DNA from: Hormiphora californensis | Lineage: Eukaryota > Animalia > Ctenophora | Length of the DNA stretch: 64,000 bases | NCBI GenBank assembly: GCA_020137815.1 | Contig: CM035355.1 | Span: forward strand, 7,192,001-7,256,000 | Reading direction: 5' to 3' | Shown here: positions 14,330-24,599 of the stretch, piece by piece | Numbering within the stretch: position 1 is the first letter of the stretch | Layout: the number at the start of each line of letters is the position of its first letter | Position numbers and translations under genes: made by a program | Notes under the pieces: generated by a model | What the model was told of the DNA's origin: nothing | Seen by the model: the letters and a program-made list of their open reading frames with translations, nothing else | The model's database searches: none

Positions 14330-14440
14330 CGTGATACCTACGAATCACGTCGTCACACTGACGGATCATGTCGTCACACTGACTGATCACATCGTCACAT
14401 TGACGGATCACGTCGTCACATTGACGATAGGGTGTCACAT
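14330..14440. repeat. 21-bp minisatellite (GATCACGTCGTCACACTGACG-like), about 4-5 copies
   Basis: Direct tandem repeats visible in the sequence. Confidence 0.8.
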
Positions 14441-14563
14441 ATAGTTAGATATCCCGAAACCAAAATAATACCGTTTACTAGTCATATCGGTTTTGTTTGA
14501 TATTTATCTGTGCTCGTACACTCGGATAGATAAGAGAAAAGAGACGACGGAGAAAAGGTAGAT

Positions 14564-14622
<59 letters not shown>

Positions 14623-14800
14623 GAGAGAGCGGCAGAAAACAAGAGAGCAATCGCACAGTACATCTTGTCGATTAGATCATACAAAACGTCTTGTGGATTG
14701 TTATCTACTAGCTAGCTTGCTCTCGAAAAACAAACATCCTTCACTTCTTCGTGTACATTCCTTGCCTTCGTTTTCCTATAGTTCAGACGATGGCTTGAAC

Positions 14801-15408
14801 ATGACAGGTAGACTTTGTTTGCTGTTTCTTCTAGGAGCGACACTTACTGGAGCAACAGCTTCAGAACAAGTTGACATTGTTAGTGCAACTGCAAGGACAG
14901 ACTATCTTGAATCAACTGCAAATGGACCCGAGAAAGCTATCGATGGTAACTCAGCTACAGTATATCATTCGGATCATAGTCAGCCAGAACAGTGGCTGAA
15001 ACTGACATTGAAGGAACCAACTTTAGTCGAAAATGTTGTTATCATTAACAGGTTCGTTAATTTGATTAAAGTAGATTAATATATTGGGAAAAGTGGCCAT
15101 TTGTTCAGTAATTTAACCCAAGTTCTTCTTTTAGACGCGATAGCAACTTAGTAAGAGATCGTCTCCTTGGTACAAAGGTTTCTCTAATCGGAGCAACAAC
15201 TGAAACGACATGCGGGACTATCAACTCTGTCAATGACGTGTTATCTGAAGAAGATCAAACCTACACGATAACCTGTCCAGTTGCCGAAAAAACACTTTCG
15301 GTTCTTCTTAACGATACTGTTATGGAGTCATGGGATGGGAAGTCGGGCTGGCTGATCATGAATATAGCAGAAGTGATGGTGTACAAAAAATTAAAAATTA
15401 GTAAGTAA
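14801..15408 (+). CDS. Secreted F-type lectin / F5-8 type C (discoidin-fold) protein, copy 1
   Basis: Signal peptide MTGRLCLLFLLGATLTGA, PEKAIDGN...YHS...QWLKL, an intron at ~15051-15134, then RRDSNLVRDRL (H-x27-R-x-D-x4-R, resembling the fucolectin motif), CG, and MNIAEVMVY. Confidence 0.8.
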
Positions 15409-15674
15409 ATTAGTAAGTAATGGATGATGATATTTTTAACTTTAAAAGTGACCAGGGATTACTTTTAAAGATTAAACACTGTTATAACATATCATTGTTT
15501 GTGACGTGACTTACAAATTACCGAATTGACAAAAAACTGACAACGTAAGTGTATACTGACCGTCTTATCTGTACAACTAAATGTATCAAAATTATGTCAA
15601 AACTAATTTGAATTGATCGGTTGAAGCTGCTTATTCCAACCACGATTTAAAACATTTATTTTTTATACAAATTA

Positions 15675-15843
15675 CAGTCGGACCCCGATTTAGTGGCATC
15701 CTCGGGGAAAAAAAATCCTGCCACTAAATCGGGGTGCCACTGAATCGGGGTTAAATAATGTTAATTTTCTATATCGGGGGAAAAATCCTGCCACTAAATC
15801 GGGGTGCCACTAAATCGGGGGCCACTAAATCGGGGTCCGACTG
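15675..15843. mobile_element. Tc1/mariner-pogo-type MITE
   Basis: TA-CAGTCGGACCCCGATTTAGTGG...CCACTAAATCGGGGTCCGACTG-TA. The empty site is present in the paralogous duplicate at ~14090. Confidence 0.9.
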
Positions 15844-16287
15844 TATATGGAACCTGGGGTTGTCACTGCGCTGGCAAGCACAAACGTGGTTATTTCATTA
15901 TCCCGAAACCAAAATTAACCGTTTACTTGTCATTATATCGGTTTTCCAATAGCCGACAGAAACGTTTTTGTTTGATATTTCTCTGTGCTCGCACACTAAG
16001 ATAGATGGAGAGAGAGAGGGAGAGAGATGGAGAAAGAGAATTATAAGAGTACCGTACGAAGAGAAAGGCAAAAAATGGAATGTAGAAAAGGGAGAGTAAC
16101 GATGGAGCGGTAGGGAACAAGAGAGCAATCACACACTGCACAGTACATCTTGTCGATTAGATCATACAAAACGTCTTGTAGATTGTTATCTAGCTAGCTT
16201 GCTCTCGAAAAATAAACATCATTCACTTCTTCGTGTACTCCTTGCCTTCGTTTTCCTATAGTTCAGACGATGGCTTGAACAATGAAC

Positions 16288-16899
16288 ATGACAGGTAGAC
16301 TTTGTTTGCTGTTTCTTCTAGGAGCGACACTTACTGGAGCAACAGCTCCAGAACAAGTTGATATTGTTAGTACAACTGCAAGGACAGACTATCATGAATC
16401 AACAGCAAATGGACCCGAGAAAGCTATCGATGGTAACTCAGCTACAGTATATCATTCGGATCATAGTCAGCCAGAACAGTGGCTGAAACTGACATTGAAG
16501 GAACCAACTTTAGTCGAAAATGTTGTTATCATTAACAGGTTCGTTAATTTGATTAAAGTAGAATGTAGATTAATATATCGGGAAAAGTGGCCATTTGTTC
16601 AGTAATTTGACCCAAGTTCTTCTTTTAGACGCGATAGCAACTTAGTAAGAGATCGTCTACTGGGTACAAAAGTTTCTCTAATCGGAGCAACAACTGAAAC
16701 GACATGCGGGACTATCAACTCTGTCAATGACATGTTATCTGAAGAAGATCAAACCTACACGATAACCTGTCCAGTTGCCGAAAAAACACTTTCGGTTCTC
16801 CTTAACGATACTGTTATGGAGTCATGGGATGGGAAGTCGGGCTGGCTGATCATGAATATAGCAGAAGTGATGGTGTACAAAAAGTCAATAAGTAAGTAA
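16288..16899 (+). CDS. Secreted F-type lectin-like protein, copy 2
   Basis: Near-identical tandem duplicate of 14801-15408 with the same intron position. Confidence 0.8.
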
Positions 16900-17201
16900 A
16901 TTAGTAAATTACTGTTTGTTGATAACTTTAACTTTAAAAGTGACAAGGGATTACTTTTAAAGATTAAACACTGTTGTATATTACTGTTTGTGACGTGACT
17001 TACAAATTACCGAATTGACAAAAAACTGACAACGTAAGTGTATACTGACCGTCCTATCTGTACAACTAAATGTATCCAAATTATGCCAAAACTAATTTAA
17101 ATTGATCGGTTGAAGCTGCTTATTCCAACCACGATTTAAAACATTTATTTTTTATACAAATTACAGTCGGACCCCGATGTAGTGGTTATTTCAATATCAC
17201 G

Positions 17202-17323
17202 ACAAATAGAAACACGTTGGTTTACAAACAAATGTTTCGATCTTGCGATCTCATCAGTGTAATTACACTGATGAGATCGCAAGATTGAAACATTTGTTTG
17301 TAAACCAACGTGTTTCTATTTGT
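17202..17323. ncRNA. Palindrome containing two minimal type I hammerhead ribozyme motifs (Penelope-like pLTR remnant)
   Basis: 61-bp arms with one mismatch. Each strand reads aca-CTGATGA-GATC-GCAA-GAT(C/T)-GAAA-CA-TT-tgt. Confidence 0.75.
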
Positions 17324-17327
17324 TGTA

Positions 17328-18383
17328 CAGGGTGTCCCACTGTCTTTGCATCACCTGTGATTTTGGGTCATAACCGGGCTCCATTTAACTAACCAAAACT
17401 CATCGAAAAATTGGTCAAAATGGTTCTAACAAAAACCAGTGTTCTAGAGAATTGTCTGGCGAACAATTTGGTGGCAAGATTGACGTACCAAGTTTTACCA
17501 ATCGTCAGATATATCGTCGTAAAGTCAAAAATACATGTTCATGAAATCCGACCGGGGTTCACGTTTTGAAAAATTCACAAATGCAAAGTTGCTCGGATCA
17601 CATTGCATCACTCATAAGAGTTGTAGGAAATTGTCTGGCGGTCATTTTGGTACCCGGGTTTTTGTCCTAGCTCAATGTTTAGAGTGTCTTATGACTGTCT
17701 AAAGACGAAATTCAACCAGCATTTTTGTCTAGATGAAATTGAGACGATATGTGCTGATTATCATGGGATTACATACGACACCGAGCCACCTAATTAGGGG
17801 TTGTGAGCCGATACCAACTAAGACTCAGCATAGAACAATTTTCATGTTCCTACAGTCATAACGCAACTAAAACATAGAGCTATGGAAAAAATCATGGTAT
17901 CAAAATGAACCTTAGACAATTCCAATGAAGCTCTTGTAAATTTCAAATCATTTTACCCATTTGTTGATGACACGTGATCCCCTCAAAAATGCTGGTTGAA
18001 TTTCGTCTTTAGACAGTCATAAGACACTCTAAACATTGAGCTAGGACAAAAACCCGGGTACCAAAATGACCGCCAGACAATTTCCTACAACTCTTATGAG
18101 GGATGCAATGTGATCCGAGCAACTTTGCACTTGTGAATTTTTCAAAACGTGAACCCCGGTCGGATTTCATGAACACGTACTTTTGACTTTACGACGATAT
18201 ATCTGACGATTGGTAAGACTTGGAACGTCAATCTTGCCACCAAAATGTTCGCCAGACAATTCTCTAGAACACTAGTTTTTGTTAGAACCATTTTGACCAA
18301 TTTTTCGATGAGTTTTGGTTAGTTAAATGGAGCCCGGTCATGACCCAAAATCACAGGTGATGCAAAGACAGTGGGACACCCTG
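17328..18383. mobile_element. Non-autonomous Tc1/mariner foldback element with ~400-bp TIRs
   Basis: TA-CAGGGTGTCCCACTGTCTTTGCATCACC...GGTGATGCAAAGACAGTGGGACACCCTG-TA. Confidence 0.9.
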
Positions 18384-18623
18384 TACTATAGATAGTAGCA
18401 GATCTGCTCTCGGTTCCACGCCGATAGAGCTCTCTTGTGGCCTACTGAAACAACCATATTGAGTTATTTCAATATCATATCCCGAAACCAAAATTTATCG
18501 TTTACTTGTCATATCGGTTTTCCAATGGCCGATAGACCTTTTTTTTGTTTGATATTTATCTGTGATTGTACACTCGGATAAAGAATAAAGGCGAAGGAGA
18601 AAAGGTAGAGGGCAAGGTAGATA

Positions 18624-18669
<46 letters not shown>

Positions 18670-18711
18670 AAGAGAGAGATAAAGAGATAAAGAGATAAAG
18701 AAGGTCCCTAA

Positions 18712-19172
18712 CAGCCTGACACAGTGGTTATCCACACCAAACCCCGGCACAAGAATTAAATAACAGGTCAGAAACAATCGATATTATTAATACCATCTCC
18801 AGAAATGGAGAATGCTCCCTTGGGAGAAACCGCACCCTCGGGTGAAACCGCACCTTCGGGTGAAACCGCACCTTCGGGTGAAACCGCACCTTCGGGTGAA
18901 ATCAACGGGGTTGCTCCCCTCAATCCCGAACCCAAGGTCGAACCCACCTAAAGGGCTCCCCCTGCCCACACGCGACCTATCCCTCCCCCATGGGTCGTGA
19001 TCCGTCACCTTCACGTCCACACGCGACCTATCCCTCCCCCAAGGGGTCGCGTACCATCCTCCACGGTCATCATTAGCGGTGCTGGTATCACTAAGTGACT
19101 GGCCCCTGTGCGTAGGGTCCCCGCAAGGGGTTCACGCCCATGGCAACCGCTCTTATCAAATCAAATCAAATC
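18712..19172 (+). mobile_element. Structured non-coding retroelement segment (SINE-like or LINE 3' UTR) ending in (ATCAA)n
   Basis: The last ~110 nt are near-identical to 47098-47210. It contains 18-bp tandem hairpin repeats. The 5' boundary is approximate. Confidence 0.65.
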
Positions 19173-20546
19173 AAGGTCGGAATGGTCGGAATGGACACAA
19201 ATATAAGGCTATATGCAGATGATATGAAAATCTGGCGTATCATTAAAAGTAGCGGAGATAGTCTCCAACCTGACATAGATAGATTGTTGATCTGGAGCGA
19301 GAATAACAAAATACACTTTCATCCTGATAAGTGTAAGCTCCTTAGATGTTCCCTAAAACAAAATCCTGTACATTTAACATACCATCTGGGAAGCACACAA
19401 ATAGGTCCTAGTCAAACGGAGACTGATCTGGGTGTTCTGACTACAAATAAACTTTCGTCAACCCACCATCAGAACAAGCTCCTATCAAAATCTTCCCAGA
19501 GGTTAGGTCTAGTGAGGAGAACGTGTTCTGACCTAGTTCAGTCGCAGAGAAAACGCAAAACTCTCTTCATTAGTTTAGTAGGGTCACTATATGAACACTG
19601 TAGCGAAGTATGGCGGCCCATTTCTGCATCTAGTATTGAAAAATTTGAAAAGATGCAAAAAAGGGCCGTAAAATGGGTATTCAATGAATTGGAGTGTAGT
19701 TACAGCAACGAAGTGTACGTAACTAGGCTCAAGGAACTTAAGATCCTACCCATGTCTTCTAAGTTCCTATATAATGATCTTAAAATGTTCCATAAGATAC
19801 TTTACAAGCTTATACCAATAGAATTCCCCCCTTACATGAGACGTTTTGACCCAACTGTTGACAATGACCGACCACCTACAAGACAACAAATCAACAAAGA
19901 CGCGACTTACGTAGTGTGTGATGAGCGCCCTAGAATAGATGTTTTTAAAGATTCATTTTTCTACCGTACCCACATAGAGTGGAATTCCCTACCGCATGAT
20001 ATTCGTAGCATTAGTGACCATGTGATATTTTCCTCAGAACTTAAGAAGCATTTGTGGAATGCATCTAGTATCCAGCCTTCTGTCTGAATTTTTTCCTTAT
20101 CATTGGCGGATCACTTGGCAACAATTGTAAATGGATATAATATGTTTATTGTTTTTAGGAGTTTGAGGTCATAGAAATTGTTGATGGGTTTGGAGTTGTG
20201 TTCGAAATGTTTGAAACTTAAAAGTTGTTGCCCGGTGATGTGCCAATACCAATTGACACAAATTGACAGTTGACACTGACTGGGGTAGGGAGGGTTTGGG
20301 TTTGGAAGGGTTACTCCGGAACTTATTAACCTATTAACTTAATTTATTACTATTAAACCAATATATATTTCTAATCGAGTGTGTATATAGCTAACATGAC
20401 GTATTTTTATACTACATTTTTACACTTTATCTAAATTTAAGACGTAAGCACTCATGCCTTGGGCATCTATTTTAATAGAGAGTCTGTCGGGTTTTGTATG
20501 AAGTATCAATGTATCTTTATATTTTACCTTTTTCAAATCAAATCAA
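19173..20546 (+). mobile_element. 5'-truncated CR1/L2-like LINE (RT C-terminal half, ORF to 20087)
   Basis: LYADDMKI, DIDRLLIWSENNKIHFHPDKC, ETDLGV, SFFYRTHIEWNSLP, and a (TCAAA)n tail. Confidence 0.88.
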
Positions 20547-20616
20547 AACAAACATCCTTCACTTCTTCGTATACTCCTTGCCTTCGTTTTCCTATAGTTC
20601 AGACGGTGGCTTGAAC

Positions 20617-21224
20617 ATGACAGGTAGCATTTGTTTGCTGTTTCTTCTAGGAGCGACACTTACTGGAGCAACAGCTCCAGAACAAGTTGATATTGTTAGT
20701 ACAACTGCAAGGACAGACCATTATGAAGCTGGATATGGACCCGAGAAAGCTATCGATGGTAACTCAGCTACAATGTATCATTTGGATCGCAGTCAGCCGG
20801 AACAGTGGCTGAAAATGACATTGAAGGAACCAACTTTAGTCGAAAATGTTGTTATCATTAACAGGTTCGTTAATTTGATTAAAGTAGATTAATTATATAT
20901 TGGGAAAAGTGGCCATTTGTTCAGTAATTTAACCCAAGTTCTTCTTTTAGACGCGATAACAGCAGAGTAAGAGATCGTCTACTGGGTACAAAAGTTTCTC
21001 TAATCGGAGCAACAACTGAAACGACATGCGGGACTATCAACTCTGTCAATGACATGTTATCTGAAGAAGATCAAACCTACACGATAACCTGTTCAGTTGC
21101 CGAAAAAACACTTTCGGTTCTCCTTAATGATACCGTTATGCAGTCAGACGATAAGAAATCGGGCTGGCTGATCATGAATATAGCAGAAGTGATGGTGTAC
21201 AAAAAATTAAAAATTAGTAAGTAA
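20617..21224 (+). CDS. Secreted F-type lectin-like protein, copy 3 (diverged loops)
   Basis: Same exon structure as copies 1-2, with substitutions DHYEAGYG, MYHLDRS, RRDNSRVR and QSDDKK. Confidence 0.8.
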
Positions 21225-21687
21225 ATTAGTAAATTACTGTTTGTTGATAACTTTAACTTTAAAAGTGACCAGGGATTACTTTTAAAGATTAAACACTGTT
21301 CTAATATATTACTGTTTGTGACGTGACTTACAAATTACCGAATTGACAAAAAACTGACAACGTAAGTGTATACTGACCGTCCTATCTGTACAACTAAATG
21401 TATCCAAATTATGCCAAAACTAATTCAAATTGAACGGTTGAAGCTGCTTTTTGAAACCAAGATTTAAAAGATCGATTTTCACACTACAGAAACATATTAT
21501 TGTGACAAAGCTTGGTAAATAATCAACCCTCAACCGAACATTTTTAATTAGTTTTGGAACAATAAATTAAAACTTTTATGGATAAACAGAGTTCAATTGA
21601 CATTTTATATTTGAAGCCCGTTCAAATGAAAGGTTCAAAAAAGGCAAGAGATAAAAACGGAAAAGTTTCCTCATCACGGAAGAAACA

Positions 21688-24524
21688 TTACGGAGATAAA
21701 GAAAGAGATGTAGAGAGGGGCAGGTATAAAGGGGATGAAGGACTATCAAGATCATCTTCATCAGCTCCTGATCCCTCCCCACCTCCGCCTTCTCTCTTGC
21801 GGTGGGAGGGCAGTTCCATGTGTATCAGGTGAAAGACTGAGTTTGCCGAGTTCTGAAATGTGTACTGTTATTAGTTTTTGGAACGAATTTTTTCCCTGCC
21901 CGGGTGAATGCCTTCGGCATTCACCCGGATGCCTTTTTACTTTGTAAAAAGGCATAGCAGGGTTAGAATTCGAAAACGACATTTTGGTATACTAACTAAT
22001 CGGTAGAGGGACATTTTTGGTCACACTTTCGTTGCGAGGGCAACGGTGTAGCAACTAGAGCCGCGCACACAGTGACGATCAGCTACTCCTTCATCAAACA
22101 CCTCATTGACACAGTTTGATGGACGTGTGTGCGTGCGCCACTCAACAAAACATGAAATGCTCTGCCGCGCTTTTCGCGTGTTACATACACATTTTCATCT
22201 TGCGAGTCGAGTGTGAGATGTTAGATAAGTAGTTAAGTTGGAGTGTCAAAAGCTGGTTAGCAAGTGTCATGTGATTAGGAGTTAGCTAACTCTAAGCTAT
22301 GTGAGAAGTATACTGACAGCTAGATCGTATGCATCTCACATTACATTATGACCAAGCCTTGATCCTGTTGGTAGTGACAATGTCACTGACATGTGAAACG
22401 GTAGGGCAGGGAAACACAGCATTATGAATACATAATGCAATAATTCTTGTTATATTTTTGACTCTTTTTATTGTACAAAATTGGTATTTTAGTGCGTCAT
22501 AAAAGATATATAAAACTCCCTAAAAGCACTTGAAGTTAACTAACAATTAACATCATACCTGAGTGCCAATAACACGGATATATGATGTTGCCATGAGAGG
22601 AAAAGATAGGTACTGCCAAGAGCTACACTGACGTCTACTGTTATCCACTACATCCACCCAATCTTTTCGGTTCTGAGAATGGGGGATATTTAGGAAATAG
22701 GCAGCATTACGATTTCAGGAATATTAAAAAAGTGAGGTTACACGGTCGCTTGTAGTGGGAAAACGGAGATGGAAAACGGAGATACAGTAAGACGACGCGC
22801 AACCGTGGCCAATCAGGGCGCTAGTACGTGCTGAACACATGGACTTTTTGCCGCACGTTATGCAACGTGCGTGTCTCATTATTGTATTTCCATTACGGTA
22901 ATACGACTACAAGCAGCTCTGTAACAGTAGTTATGACGGTAATTTATCAACTAAATAAAGGTAGGGACCGTCACAGAGACACATTTGAGGGTTTCTCTCT
23001 ATCTTTCTTCCTCTCTCTCTGAATATCCCAGAAGACAGAAGCGATTTCAAATAATATTTATCATGAGTCCCAAGATCTTGAAAATGTGCTAATTGTTCTT
23101 ATAATAGTTTTCTTTCTTGTTTCGTACCGATATGTTACCTCGCCCGTTACAATACAGACATATTCTAGTAAGAAAATTGAGCAAAGAGCACACCTGCTTC
23201 AAATATTCAATATATCGATCCTTTAAAATGAGTGACATTTCTGGTCATGTTATTCTTTGAGCTGTAGGCGACATTTGGCAAATGTTTTCCTTTGTTCTAC
23301 TTTTGTTATTTACGCAATGGATTCTGGCAGCGATAGGTAAGTCACCGGAAAAGTTAACCTCGTATCATTGTCCTAACGGGTCACCCTATTGTTTGTTCAA
23401 TCAGCACGGGCGTGTTCTAACATTTTTCGGTCTCCCTCTTTTAGACTGGCAAATAGTGGAGCTTGGTGTAAAGTTTCCTTGGTCGATTTCCAGTACACCA
23501 CTTTATGTTCAGACTAGCGGAACTAACGCGGGAAATATCTCTATAAACGGATATGATTCCTCTGGTGTCCAGCAAGGCTACATTAGCATTCAGATCATGA
23601 AAGAGGGGACAGTATACTTTACCATTTGTTGTTTGGGTATGGAACCAAAAGAAAAAACAGCGAATTTCACAGGCGGAAATATCTGGAGAATCTCCACATC
23701 CATGAACGGCTACCGGCAATTATTCTGGGATTTTCGTTGTAATGGTAGCTCTGTTTTATCGTACCAACTGAGTACAACATGTAAAGATGCTTGGGATGCT
23801 GTGGTGGACCTTGCCTTTTCACGGGATTCTGATACTGATTCAATAGCTTATGGATTGAGTATTATAAGTAAGTAAAAAAATTTAGTTGATTTATATGCGT
23901 TGACATGCGTTGGGATATTTCAAAAAAGCCAATAAATCCAGACAATCCCAATATCCAAGTCATTAAAAAAAACCCTCGAACTCCTCAGTGTGCCCAGATA
24001 TCAACATCGAAGGGGCCACTATAAACAGCACGTCAATCGAGCCTGGTGATGTTGTCTCTGTGAGATGCGAGGAGAATGCAGTATTGATAGGGGACAGTGT
24101 TCTCACATGTCAGGGTGATGGATCCTGGGATTCGATGCCCCATTGTATAGGTAAGTGACAGGGAGTAAGTATGGCAGGTCGGGGTAATCTGGTGGTACGG
24201 GTTATTACTTATTTGGTATAATTTTGTTTGTTTTTTTAGGAAAGGTTTTCATTCGTACCAAAGTTATAGGGGAACTTTTGTACGGAATAATATTAGCTTT
24301 CAATGGACACCAATTAACTCTGATGCATTGTTAATTGTATTGTATTGTATCACATCATTATCGTATCCCTCTAGTGGGGTACAGCTGTCTTGGCAGGGAA
24401 CCCAATCATTTCAATAGCCTTGGGGACTTTCAATATCTCCCAGGGAAAAAGCTCTCTGGAACGCTCCTTTAGATATTATTAGACAGAGGGATTCTGAACA
24501 GAAAGAATACAGATCACAAGAGAG

Positions 24525-24599
<75 letters not shown>

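Noticed and set aside
19140-20087. 315-aa ORF as an intact host gene
   Set aside because: Its ATG comes from the upstream element's tail and the rest is a 5'-truncated LINE RT.
21578-21832. 84-aa plus-strand ORF ending at a donor-like site
   Set aside because: Antisense shadow of the last BTBD9 exon and its 3' UTR; no consistent downstream exons.
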